The translations under genes and the position numbers were made by a program. The notes under the pieces were generated by a model. That model was not told the DNA's origin, did not search any database, and saw only the letters and a program-made list of their open reading frames with translations. From a virus (lineage: Duplodnaviria; Caudoviricetes): a stretch of DNA of 64,000 nt. This document shows, in pieces, positions 19,007-27,413 of the stretch (the first letter of the stretch is position 1; each line of letters starts with the position of its first letter). The stretch lies in the IMG/VR virus record IMGVR_UViG_3300033463_000012; one strand, 5' to 3'.

Positions 19007-19087
19007 TAGAGCACCGGGTTGGCCTGAATATCATAACCCAAACAAGCGCATTCTCTTCCCCGATACTTGGGTCAGCTCGGTGCTCTA
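19007..19087 (+). other. 26-bp RNA hairpin rich in G-U pairs
   Basis: 19007-19032 pairs with 19062-19087; five of six deviations are G-U wobbles on the + strand. Confidence 0.65.
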
Positions 19088-19122
19088 AATTCAATACAAG
19101 ACGTTTCTCGCAGGGAGTTGAT

Positions 19123-19533
19123 ATGTTTAATAATTATTACATAAAATGTGAATGCACATGGACGGATGAAGAATTACAAGAAGATCCTATGGGGGGAGAT
19201 GAAGGTCCAAATCAATTCGAAGATGGTGAAACATATTCATTGAGCGATGTCGATGATATGATAAATTCTTTTGTTGAGGATTTTGAAGAACAATGTTGGT
19301 GGGGTGACCGAGATTTTGATGATAGATATATAAGAAAAGATCGAATTTCCATAGAAATTGATAATGATTTGGATAAATTCGCAATAAACTACATAGACGA
19401 AAATGAGGTAGAAAAGACATTAGCGACATTTAACATTAGTGTTCATTTGTATGACAATAATGATACAGACATACGTCCATCGGATTTGAAAGAATTATAT
19501 GGACACATCAAGGGTCAATTAAACAGTCTTTGA
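19123..19533 (+). CDS. Hypothetical acidic, AT-rich protein
   Basis: GGGAG RBS, CTAAAT motif at 19085, own terminator. Confidence 0.75.
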   Translation: MFNNYYIKCECTWTDEELQEDPMGGDEGPNQFEDGETYSLSDVDDMINSFVEDFEEQCWWGDRDFDDRYIRKDRISIEIDNDLDKFAINYIDENEVEKTLATFNISVHLYDNNDTDIRPSDLKELYGHIKGQLNSL

Positions 19534-19552
19534 TCAAGAGTCAATAGATTTC

Positions 19553-19590
19553 AAAAAGTCTAGCTCTCGATCAGGGGGCTAGATTTTTTT
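19553..19590 (+). terminator. Rho-independent terminator
   Basis: AAAAAGTCTAGCTCTC-loop-GGGGGCTAGATTTTTTT. Confidence 0.8.
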
Positions 19591-19613
19591 GCAGATTTCT
19601 TTTCCATTCCACC

Positions 19614-19632
19614 TTGACAATTATTATATTAT
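19614..19632 (+). promoter_or_regulatory. Promoter of the tRNA/ncRNA operon
   Basis: TTGACAA followed by TTATTATATTAT, the 3' half of the early motif. Confidence 0.6.
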
Positions 19633-19686
19633 ACACACGAACCACAGAGTTCTGAAGAAGTTTGAAAGTCAGGTCGGCAGGTTTAA

Positions 19687-19759
19687 TGCTCCATATCTCA
19701 GTAGGCAGAGAGTCCGACTGTTAATCGGAATGTCCCAGGTTCGAACCCTGGTGGAGCAG
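19687..19759 (+). tRNA. tRNA-Asn(GTT), no encoded CCA
   Basis: Cloverleaf; TCCGA-CT GTT AA-TCGGA; GGTTCGAACCC. Confidence 0.93.
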
Positions 19760-19765
19760 TGTTTT

Positions 19766-19856
19766 AGGAGTCGCTCCACCTCGCGGTCTTATAAGCCGTT
19801 GCGCATAATAAATCAGGTGGCGGTGCGCATGTTGGGTTCAATTCCCTCGACTCCTA
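19766..19856 (+). tRNA. Non-canonical tRNA-Ile(TAT)-like RNA, no D-arm, long variable arm
   Basis: Acceptor AGGAGTC/GACTCCT+A; GCGGT-CT TAT AA-GCCGT; TGCGCAT/GTGCGCA arm; GGTTCAATTCC. Confidence 0.7.
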
Positions 19857-19858
19857 TC

Positions 19859-19930
19859 GCACGTGTCGTATAGTGGCTATTACCCCGCCCCTCCAAGGCG
19901 GAGACACCGGTTCAATTCCGGTCACGTGCT
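19859..19930 (+). tRNA. tRNA-Gly(TCC), no encoded CCA
   Basis: GCACGTG/CACGTGC+T; CCGCC-CC TCC AA-GGCGG; ACCGG TTCAATT CCGGT. Confidence 0.93.
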
Positions 19931-19932
19931 TT

Positions 19933-20495
19933 GAAGCAGCTCCACTGAAACTCGGTAGCAAGTGGAGACCCGTTGGAATCGAGTTGTCGTGAACGGGTGG
20001 GTCGTTTTCCGTGACCCAGAATTAGTTGTTGTAAAGGACACCAAAGTCCTATGATTGACGTTCCAAAGCGGATATCTCATAGGGCAACGGAATAAAGTTT
20101 ATGGGCGACCACCGAAAACGTCGATACCATGCCGGAAACACCACATGTTCAGAGCGTGTTGCAACAGCATGGTCCCTTGGCACTTCGTCAAGTAGCACGA
20201 TAGGTGCGAGCCCTTTGATTTTCGTTTCCGTTGAATCTATCTTTTCGGAAACGACCACCGGAAGGCGTTGGGATAGAACAGCGCTTGACAGATCATATTC
20301 GTGGTCCTCCGGTGGAAACCTTTTCACTTCAGACCATCGCTTCGATTTGATTTGAAGTGAACCCATCGGGAGAGGTCCCAGAATCGAAGCAACTGCTCTA
20401 ATTGTTGAGCAAGAATGATAAACCCTCGTCATAGCTTGATAGTGACCTATTTGGCCAATAGCAACCTTTCAAGTGATTGATGAACCGATGGGAAC
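19933..20495 (+). ncRNA. Large highly structured ncRNA (~560 nt), ROOL-like candidate
   Basis: More than 12 stems and 3 loop-mediated pairings fill the gap between two tRNAs; no credible RBS-led ORF. Confidence 0.75.
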
Positions 20496-20501
20496 ACTTT
20501 T

Positions 20502-20592
20502 GGGAGATTGGCCGAGTTGGTCGATGGCGGCGGTCTCGAAAACCGCAGGTGGACCTCAAGTTCATCCGCAGGTTCGAATCCTGCATCTCCCG
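20502..20592 (+). tRNA. tRNA-Ser(CGA), no encoded CCA
   Basis: GGGAGAT/ATCTCCC+G; GCGGT-CT CGA AA-ACCGC; long variable arm. Confidence 0.93.
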
Positions 20593-20602
20593 TTTTGACT
20601 TT

Positions 20603-20706
20603 CTGGAGCGTGGCCGAGTGGATTATGGCGGCTAGTGGGGTGGCAACTCACGGCTTGACGCTCTCGCCGGGCGCCTCGTGGGTTCGAATCCCACCGTTCC
20701 AGACCA
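20603..20706 (+). tRNA. Atypical tRNA-like RNA (8-bp acceptor stem, extended anticodon arm, GGC at loop centre, long variable arm, encoded CCA)
   Basis: CTGGAGCG/CGTTCCAG+A+CCA; Ser-type D arm; GTGGG TTCGAAT CCCAC T arm. Confidence 0.7.
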
Positions 20707-20790
20707 GGGTGAACGCTAACGATGGCGAGTTAGGAGAGACTGTAAATCCCTTGCCTTTCGGCTCAGGAGGTTCGAATCCTTCTTCACCCA
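20707..20790 (+). tRNA. tRNA-Tyr(GTA), no encoded CCA
   Basis: GGGTGAA/TTCACCC+A; CT GTA AA loop; variable arm GCC TTTC GGC. Confidence 0.88.
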
Positions 20791-20902
20791 CTTCGAAGGG
20801 ACAGATTCCGAGGTTTAGCCATTGTCCCCGGAATTTGAAGGATGTTTCTTCCCCGTTTCCTTCCTTCTCACCTTCGAGCACTTTCACAAAAACGGAGAAC
20901 AC

Positions 20903-21262
20903 ATGGACACAGAAAAACTCAAAGCCGACCTGGAACAAAACTTCATTGACCTCTGCAATTCCCGCGGGGTCAAATGGGAAAGGACAGAAGACAAGATCAA
21001 AGTCAATGACGTCCTTTTCCGATTCGAAGTCACGCCGATTTGGAACCAATATCATCACGAATATGACCAGTTCCGATATGTCGCCTACGTACAGATTGGT
21101 GAACAGATTTATTCCTATCTCGGACAAATCATGGATATTGACTGGAAGGGAGATATGATCCCTGTTCCTCGTCAGCATGATTTCGTTCATCGTTTCGTGG
21201 CCGATATTGAATCCAAGTCAGTTTTCGGTGAACGGAACGAAACCCTCGTCAAACTTTCCTAA
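20903..21262 (+). CDS. Hypothetical protein
   Basis: GGAG RBS before MDTEKLK. Confidence 0.75.
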   Translation: MDTEKLKADLEQNFIDLCNSRGVKWERTEDKIKVNDVLFRFEVTPIWNQYHHEYDQFRYVAYVQIGEQIYSYLGQIMDIDWKGDMIPVPRQHDFVHRFVADIESKSVFGERNETLVKLS

Positions 21263-21273
21263 AGGAGAAAGAA

Positions 21274-21573
21274 ATGAAGAAAACCTTGAAGTCAGGGATA
21301 GTCAACTACGACAACGTCCCCATCTACAAGACCTCGGCCAACAAAAAGCATTGGAAGATTGTCCAGGCGTCCAAGTCCGAGTTCCACCTTCTTGAACGCT
21401 CCCGTGGTGGAAGCTATCATCTCATCAAGACATATTCCCGGTATCGTGACGCCCGCAAGTGGCTGAAGGACAACAACCCCGACCTGATCGTCTCCTATGT
21501 TCCTGGGGTGAATTTCTATTGTTCCTCTCAGCTCGAACCTGCCGAAACTCACATGACCTTTGGAGCCAAGTGA
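21274..21573 (+). CDS. Hypothetical protein
   Basis: AAGGAG RBS; phage-like codon use. Confidence 0.75.
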   Translation: MKKTLKSGIVNYDNVPIYKTSANKKHWKIVQASKSEFHLLERSRGGSYHLIKTYSRYRDARKWLKDNNPDLIVSYVPGVNFYCSSQLEPAETHMTFGAK

Positions 21574-21908
21574 TGAATCCCGATATCATCAAAGACATGC
21601 CGAACAATGTGGACTGGAATGTCTGGAAGCCATTGCTGGACGAAGCCCTGGAACAAATCAATTGGAATGACGCCGGAACAGCAGGTGATTCCCTTGGATA
21701 TTCCTACTATCAGATCAAGGGTGACGCTACCGATCTTCAGCTCTACACCCTCATAAAGGAATCCGTGGAAGAAATGATCAAAGATGTTTGTTCCACAGAT
21801 GAAACCAATGAGTGCGTGAATGACATCGGCTATTGGAAGTTGAAGGTCACAAAGTTGCCTCAGCCGAAGATTTCCGTGAAGTTCGTCATCACCGGAACAG
21901 AGGATTAG
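21573..21908 (+). CDS. Hypothetical protein
   Basis: TGATG coupling to the upstream gene; MNPDIIK. Confidence 0.7.
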   Translation: MNPDIIKDMPNNVDWNVWKPLLDEALEQINWNDAGTAGDSLGYSYYQIKGDATDLQLYTLIKESVEEMIKDVCSTDETNECVNDIGYWKLKVTKLPQPKISVKFVITGTED

Positions 21909-22012
21909 GACGGGGTACCTTATTCCTTTCCCACCCCGTCCAAGCCCATGCATAGAAGAAATACCAACGGCACTATGCATGGGCTTTACTATATTTTCAT
22001 AAGAGGTACAAG

Positions 22013-22525
22013 ATGAAAAAGAAAAACGAAAACTTCGATTGGCTCCCCAAGGAAAAGAACCAGACGCATAATCTGCTGATTTGCCCTAATGGAAAGTTCC
22101 TCATGTCGAAGATGGGGACGCTTGGAAGTGAACGAGATTTCTTTTTCGTCGGCCTGTTCAATTCCAAGGAAGAGGCAATCAAGTATTCCGGTGTCAAGGA
22201 TCCTCATTTCTTCAAGACCAAGCCCGAAAAACTTCCTTGGTCAAAATTGGATTTTGTGATCTATGATTTCGGGTGGACAAATTTCTGGGTTGTCATTGCA
22301 GAGGAAACCTTAAGCAAATTGACAAAGAAAAATGGAACCATAATCGATTCCGGGAGATTGCAGGGATTGCCAAAGTTCGTCGCGGCCAGGTGCAAGACAA
22401 TGGATTCTGCCTCGGCTTCCTTGGATGAATTCTGCAAATACACGGGATTCAAGAAGGGGAAGGTCGTGGTCTGGCATTTCAACCCTAGATTCGACGATAA
22501 TGGCAAGGAAATACCGCAGGGCTGA
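22013..22525 (+). CDS. Hypothetical protein
   Basis: GAGG RBS; CTATATT motif upstream. Confidence 0.75.
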   Translation: MKKKNENFDWLPKEKNQTHNLLICPNGKFLMSKMGTLGSERDFFFVGLFNSKEEAIKYSGVKDPHFFKTKPEKLPWSKLDFVIYDFGWTNFWVVIAEETLSKLTKKNGTIIDSGRLQGLPKFVAARCKTMDSASASLDEFCKYTGFKKGKVVVWHFNPRFDDNGKEIPQG

Positions 22526-22620
22526 CAGGGAGGGCCCTAGGAGCCACTTTCTGACTTTGTAAGTATAACTTACTAGCTTACCCTGAAAATGGCCCCTTGG
22601 CTCTCCTATGAGCTGAGGGG
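22525..22620. repeat. Dispersed palindromic element, copy C
   Basis: GAGCCACTTTC / GAAAATGGCCC around TATAACTTACTAG; right arm is the reverse complement of the copy F left arm. Confidence 0.75.
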
Positions 22621-22627
22621 CTAAATA
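22621..22627 (+). promoter_or_regulatory. Late promoter motif CTAAAT(A/T), representative copy
   Basis: Upstream of terminase; about 19 copies precede late genes (listed in findings). Confidence 0.75.
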
Positions 22628-22634
22628 CATTGAT

Positions 22635-24206
22635 ATGGCTTTTGTACCTAATTTCAGTGATACGTTACGATGGGAAGGGGAGCAGATTGAATACACCCCC
22701 GAAATGCTCATCGAATGGAAGAAGTGTCACGATGACATCATTTATTTCGCCGAAAAGTATGTCTATGTGAACAACCTGGACACTGGCTACAATCTCGTCA
22801 AACTCCGTGACTATCAGAAGGAATTGCTGCTTGCCTACATGGATGATTCAGACCCGGACAAGAGAAACACCGTGGTCCTTTCCTCACGACAGTCAGGCAA
22901 GACGGAAACTTCATCGATCTTCATGCTGCACTACATCTTGTTCAATGAATACAAGAAGGTTGCAGTCCTCGCGAACCAGGCGAACCTTGCATTCGAAATC
23001 GTGTCCAACATCAAGATGAAGTATGAGCACTTGCCGAAATTCCTTCAACAGGGAATCAAGCGAGTTGGTGGATGGGCCGCGGGAAGAATCAAGTTGGAGA
23101 ATGGGTGCGAAATGAGAGCGGGCGCCACGACACCACACTCGATTCGTGGCTTTTCGGTCAATGTCCTGTTCTTGGACGAATTCGGAATCATTGACTCGAA
23201 GATGGCGAAGGAATTCATCAAGGCAGTCTTCCCCACCGTATCTTCCGGCAAGACGTCAAAAATCATCATCTCCTCCACCCCGAAAGGAATGAATCACCTG
23301 TATGACATTTGGGAAAAGGCGACCCGTGGTGTAGGTACATTCAAGCCGATCAAGGTCGACTGGACAAGAGTGCCAGGAAGGGACGAGAACTTCAAGAAGA
23401 AGCAGATCGAGGACATAGGCATTTTGGCCTGGAGGCAGGAATATGAATGCGCCTTCCTCGGTTCGTCCAAGTTGCTACTTGAAGGCGACTCCCTGATGTC
23501 CTACGGGATTCCGAAAGAGCCGATCAGATATGAATACAATGAACGTTTGAGGATCTACGAGGACTACAAGCAAGGTTGTTCCTATGTGATCGGTGTTGAC
23601 CCTGCAGTAGGAAACGGTGGAGACGACTCTTGTATACAGATATTGAGGATAGACGGCAAGGACAAGTTGGAACAAGTCGCGGTGTTCAATGACAGTCAGA
23701 CTCAATACGAGACGTTCTGTCAAATAGTGGTGGAACTTGCAGCTCGATACAACAATCCACCGATGATGGTGGAAAACAATGGCGTAGGTTCCGCAGTGGC
23801 CAACAAATTGTTCTATGATCTCGAATACCCCGAAATGGTTCACCTGGCCAAAAAGGGAATTGGTTGTCCTTCCTCCAAGCAGACCAAGTTGGAAATGTGC
23901 CTGTTCTTCAAGCAGTATTTCGAACAAGGCAAAATCAAGTTGAATGACTCCCAGACAATAAGGCAGCTGACCACGTTCGAAGAAGTGCAGCCGAACATAT
24001 TCAAGGCGGCGGGAACGGCTCACGATGACTTGGTCATGGCTTTGCTCTGGGCACTCTATTATTTGAAGACACCGTTCTTTGAAGAGGAAGCGGTATTGCC
24101 ACCTGAAATGCAAATCCCTGAACAAGAACCGATCAATGCCTTCATCTCGTCTCAAGGCAATGGATCCTTCTTGGACGAGGAATACATAGGTGGCGGTTGG
24201 GTCTAA
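22635..24206 (+). CDS. gp17: Terminase large subunit gp17
   Basis: LRDYQ, SRQSGKT, LFLDEF, SSTPKGMNH, QEYEC.FLGS, IGVDPA, HDDLVMAL. Confidence 0.97.
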   Translation: MAFVPNFSDTLRWEGEQIEYTPEMLIEWKKCHDDIIYFAEKYVYVNNLDTGYNLVKLRDYQKELLLAYMDDSDPDKRNTVVLSSRQSGKTETSSIFMLHYILFNEYKKVAVLANQANLAFEIVSNIKMKYEHLPKFLQQGIKRVGGWAAGRIKLENGCEMRAGATTPHSIRGFSVNVLFLDEFGIIDSKMAKEFIKAVFPTVSSGKTSKIIISSTPKGMNHLYDIWEKATRGVGTFKPIKVDWTRVPGRDENFKKKQIEDIGILAWRQEYECAFLGSSKLLLEGDSLMSYGIPKEPIRYEYNERLRIYEDYKQGCSYVIGVDPAVGNGGDDSCIQILRIDGKDKLEQVAVFNDSQTQYETFCQIVVELAARYNNPPMMVENNGVGSAVANKLFYDLEYPEMVHLAKKGIGCPSSKQTKLEMCLFFKQYFEQGKIKLNDSQTIRQLTTFEEVQPNIFKAAGTAHDDLVMALLWALYYLKTPFFEEEAVLPPEMQIPEQEPINAFISSQGNGSFLDEEYIGGGWV

Positions 24207-24239
24207 ATTGAACAGCAGAAACTTTCAGAAGGTGAGAAC

Positions 24240-25295
24240 ATGAAAGATTGGAAAAAATACATCACCGAAGTCAAGAACGTTCACAGCAAGGAAGATTTGA
24301 TTACGAATCTTCGTGCATCCCGTGGTCTCAATTCCGACAATCCAAATCAGGATTCCTCTCAGACGGAAGAAGAGGACACACTTGACTACGAAAAGAAGGA
24401 ATTGGAATACGTCAACACCGAATTGGCCAAACAGACTCATAAGTCCAACAAGAAGGTGAAGTCGCTCAAGAAGAAGCTGAAGAAGTTGAAAGGCAAGGTT
24501 TCTGATCTTGAGGACGAAAAGGACGAATTGGAATCTCAACTTGATCAACAGGGAAGTGAAGATGAAACCGAAGAAACCTCAGAAGACAATTCCGGCGAGG
24601 AAGCCCCTGAAGGCGAAGAAGGCGAATCCTCCAATGAAGAACAGGGTGGCGAGGAAGGCGAAGTAGAGGACAAAGAAGGGGAAGAATCAGAGGAATCGGA
24701 AGAATCAGAAGAAGAGGAAAAAGGCCTCAACTACGACGATGACCTTGACTCCGTGGTCGACCTCGGTGGAAAGAAGAAACGCAATGAATCCTTGGAAAGA
24801 TTGATAAATGGCCCTATGAACATCCTGATGGAAGCGATCGAAAACGGGGCGAAGTTCGAGGACAACTACATCTGGTGGGACAAATATCCCTGCTATTTCG
24901 CCTATGTGGTTTCCCCCGAACAGAAGGGCGTCGTGGTTCTCAAGGGTTCCCATGACCTTCACGTGGTCGGTTCCGGTTTCACAAAGAAGGAGCTGGAAGA
25001 CTGCATGAAGTGCTTGGCTGACAATCTCCCCTCCAACGTTAAGGAGATTTCGTCCCATGGTGGTATTTCTCCGGGAGGCATAAATGTCCTTTTGAGATTG
25101 AAGGACTATGGCTGGACTTTGACCGGAACGGAAACCGGGGACGATCACTATTGGTGCGCTGAAATAGATGAGGAAAAATTCGTCAGTTGGATTTCCAAGG
25201 CCGAAAACGAGGACTATTGGGAAGAAACAGGCGAAACCACGGGTGACTTCCTGAAGGACACTCGACCCAAGGTTCCGGTAATGAAACGAGGATAG
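24240..25295 (+). CDS. Hypothetical late protein: CTS-like N-terminus, coiled coil, acidic linker, C-terminal domain
   Basis: MKDWKKYITE..., RNES linker; CTAAAT at 24203. Confidence 0.8.
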   Translation: MKDWKKYITEVKNVHSKEDLITNLRASRGLNSDNPNQDSSQTEEEDTLDYEKKELEYVNTELAKQTHKSNKKVKSLKKKLKKLKGKVSDLEDEKDELESQLDQQGSEDETEETSEDNSGEEAPEGEEGESSNEEQGGEEGEVEDKEGEESEESEESEEEEKGLNYDDDLDSVVDLGGKKKRNESLERLINGPMNILMEAIENGAKFEDNYIWWDKYPCYFAYVVSPEQKGVVVLKGSHDLHVVGSGFTKKELEDCMKCLADNLPSNVKEISSHGGISPGGINVLLRLKDYGWTLTGTETGDDHYWCAEIDEEKFVSWISKAENEDYWEETGETTGDFLKDTRPKVPVMKRG

Positions 25296-25301
25296 GACCT
25301 C

Positions 25302-25973
25302 ATGCCAATCTCGAACGAACTGCCAGATTGCGACAATTTCGACAGTCCTTACTTTGACTTTGCGTCAGAGTGCTACGAGACTGAATCGAAAATGATCGAT
25401 GATTTGACCACAGAGGAAATCAATTTGGCCGGCGTGATGGGATATTGGTATGTCGTGGACTATTCACTGAAAAATGAAAGAGTGTTCGGTGAGGACAACT
25501 CCAGGACGATATTGCGGAAATTCCCGTTCATGTTCCTGGTCGAAGGTCTGCCGATAGATGACAAGAAGTGGTCAAAATTCGGCATAGAAGGTATGGACAA
25601 CTTTCACATAGTGGTCGCCAAGGCGGGATTCACCCAGGCGTCAATGATGATGGCCGACGGGATGACTCCTGCATACGAGCCGAGAAACCCTCACTCCGGT
25701 GACATTTTTCAATCCACGCACAACAATGTATTCTATCGAGTATTGGACGTGAAGGACAAGGGAGACACAATGCTCCAGCGCGCCCATAGCTTTGACTGCA
25801 TTGTGACTCCTCTGGAAATGGCTCACCACAACATCGCTCCTATTCTGAAGGACGACATCATAGCGAAATTCAATGACGCGAAGGACTCCCTGGCGCAGAA
25901 CATGAAACTCGACAGGTCCAAGCGTCCACAAGGTCTAGATTCTTTTGGCAACGTTGTATTTGGAGGTAAGTGA
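25302..25973 (+). CDS. gp14: Neck protein gp14-like
   Basis: EEINLAG, VFGED, WSKFG, P.SGDI pattern. Confidence 0.75.
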   Translation: MPISNELPDCDNFDSPYFDFASECYETESKMIDDLTTEEINLAGVMGYWYVVDYSLKNERVFGEDNSRTILRKFPFMFLVEGLPIDDKKWSKFGIEGMDNFHIVVAKAGFTQASMMMADGMTPAYEPRNPHSGDIFQSTHNNVFYRVLDVKDKGDTMLQRAHSFDCIVTPLEMAHHNIAPILKDDIIAKFNDAKDSLAQNMKLDRSKRPQGLDSFGNVVFGGK

Positions 25974-26530
25974 TGGCCGAGCAAAAGCGATTCTACAAGG
26001 GAGATTATTCTGCAACCCTCTACATCGGGGACGACATTGACAACGAGATGGCCAAGGACTTCGTCTCGACCTTGGCTCAGATAAGCGCTCAGCTGTTGGA
26101 TACCCCTGGCGCCAAAATCCTCGTGGACATCAACTCCACCGGAGGGAATGTCTATGATGCATTCTCGATCATAAATGCGATCAAGACTTGCCCGATTCAG
26201 GTCGACACCTATGTTTCCGGCCTGGCCGCTTCTTCTGCCTTCGTCATCGCCCTGGCCGGCAAGGATCGTTATTGTTCAGACCTGGCCAACTACATGTTCC
26301 ATTCCGTCTCCGCCACCTCCTCGGGAACCATGGCCTATTTGCAGAATGACGTGGCGCAGACACTGAACTTGCAGAAGATGCTGGTGGATTTCGTCAGGAA
26401 AAATTCGAAGATTTCCAAGAAGAAATTGGAAACCATAGTCAATGCAAACCGGGATAGCTACTACATGCCTGTTGATTGCGTTCGTATGGGCGTGGTCGAC
26501 TACATCGTGGACGTTGAATCCCGAAGATGA
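25973..26530 (+). CDS. ClpP-family serine protease
   Basis: INSTGG.V, GLAASSA (Ser), YMFHS (His), NRD (Asp), GVVD. Confidence 0.9.
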   Translation: MAEQKRFYKGDYSATLYIGDDIDNEMAKDFVSTLAQISAQLLDTPGAKILVDINSTGGNVYDAFSIINAIKTCPIQVDTYVSGLAASSAFVIALAGKDRYCSDLANYMFHSVSATSSGTMAYLQNDVAQTLNLQKMLVDFVRKNSKISKKKLETIVNANRDSYYMPVDCVRMGVVDYIVDVESRR

Positions 26531-26554
26531 GCTAAATTCTCAAAAGGAGAGAAG

Positions 26555-27022
26555 ATGACACTTTTGGAATATGTCAAGAAAATCCCTGGACATAAAAACT
26601 CCAAAGGTGAATCTGCTCCTTGGACGATAGTTTCGCACAAGACCGGCAAGGTTCTTTCCTCTCATAAGACAAAGGAAGAGGCAGAGAAACACTTGCAGCA
26701 GATGCATTATTTCAAAGAGGACGTAAACATGAGCAGAGCGAAGAAAGTTTGCGAAGACGGTGAATACTGGTATGAAGTGGAAGTTGATCCCAACTCAGAT
26801 GAACACAATGATGGCACCTATATAGTCGATTGCAAATTCTGCGGCGACACTTACCTCTTCAAGGGATTGCCCGAAACACTAGTTTTCAACAGAAGCAAAA
26901 AAATCCAGGACATTCTCCCTAATCTCGAACCTGAATATCGGGAAATGTTCATCTCCGGCATGTGCCCCAAATGCTGGGACAAGATGATCGGGGATGACGA
27001 AGAAGAGGAAGATGAGGAATAA
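26555..27022 (+). CDS. Hypothetical two-module protein with C-terminal CxxC...CxxC
   Basis: AAGGAG RBS, CTAAAT at 26532; CKFC, CPKC. Confidence 0.8.
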   Translation: MTLLEYVKKIPGHKNSKGESAPWTIVSHKTGKVLSSHKTKEEAEKHLQQMHYFKEDVNMSRAKKVCEDGEYWYEVEVDPNSDEHNDGTYIVDCKFCGDTYLFKGLPETLVFNRSKKIQDILPNLEPEYREMFISGMCPKCWDKMIGDDEEEEDEE

Positions 27023-27023
27023 T

Positions 27024-27413
27024 ATGGAAGAAGTAAGCGAAACGGAATTGACAAAACTGATCGAATCTGGCTTCAATTGCAAGATTGACTACATGCGATT
27101 GGACGAAGGATATCTTGCGCTCATTGCGAAGATAGGAAAAGACATAAATTTTGAACTGAACTATGACAGTGAAAAATTCTTCCCGAACACCATAACAGGA
27201 ACAGTTGACCGTTGCAGATTTGACACCTACTTCAGTGAACCAAAGAATGTCGAGGAATTCCTTGGCAATGTTTTGTCATCTGTTGCCGATGAATATGGTT
27301 TCAGTAAGACCAAGACTTGGATAAACGGGGTGAACAGGTCCTACATATTCAAGGCACTTGACATGATTCAGAAAGTGGCGAACGGTGAAGCGTATTACGA
27401 CAAGGATGAATAA
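27024..27413 (+). CDS. Hypothetical protein
   Basis: GAGG RBS; operon packing. Confidence 0.75.
   Translation: MEEVSETELTKLIESGFNCKIDYMRLDEGYLALIAKIGKDINFELNYDSEKFFPNTITGTVDRCRFDTYFSEPKNVEEFLGNVLSSVADEYGFSKTKTWINGVNRSYIFKALDMIQKVANGEAYYDKDE

Noticed and set aside
16510-19041. Long antisense ORFs (16510-17478 and 17671-19041, minus strand)
   Set aside because: Shadows of strongly codon-biased sense genes (YqaJ-like, ligase); no RBS or recognisable motifs. The same applies to antisense ORFs over the portal, patatin and gp45 genes.
19933-20495. tmRNA, RNase P or group I intron as the identity of the large RNA
   Set aside because: No tRNA-Ala-like ends or tag peptide, no recognisable RNase P P4 sequences, and no interrupted host gene. 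Not excluded without cmscan.
19589-21190. ORFs over the tRNA/ncRNA region (19589-19873, 20049-20432, 20101-20355, 20508-21158, 20648-21190)
   Set aside because: They overlap clear tRNA cloverleaves or the stem-tiled RNA and lack RBS and phage codon bias.
22635-24206. Intein or intron in terminase (also checked primase, ligase, portal)
   Set aside because: Lengths are normal and no intein splice motifs are visible.
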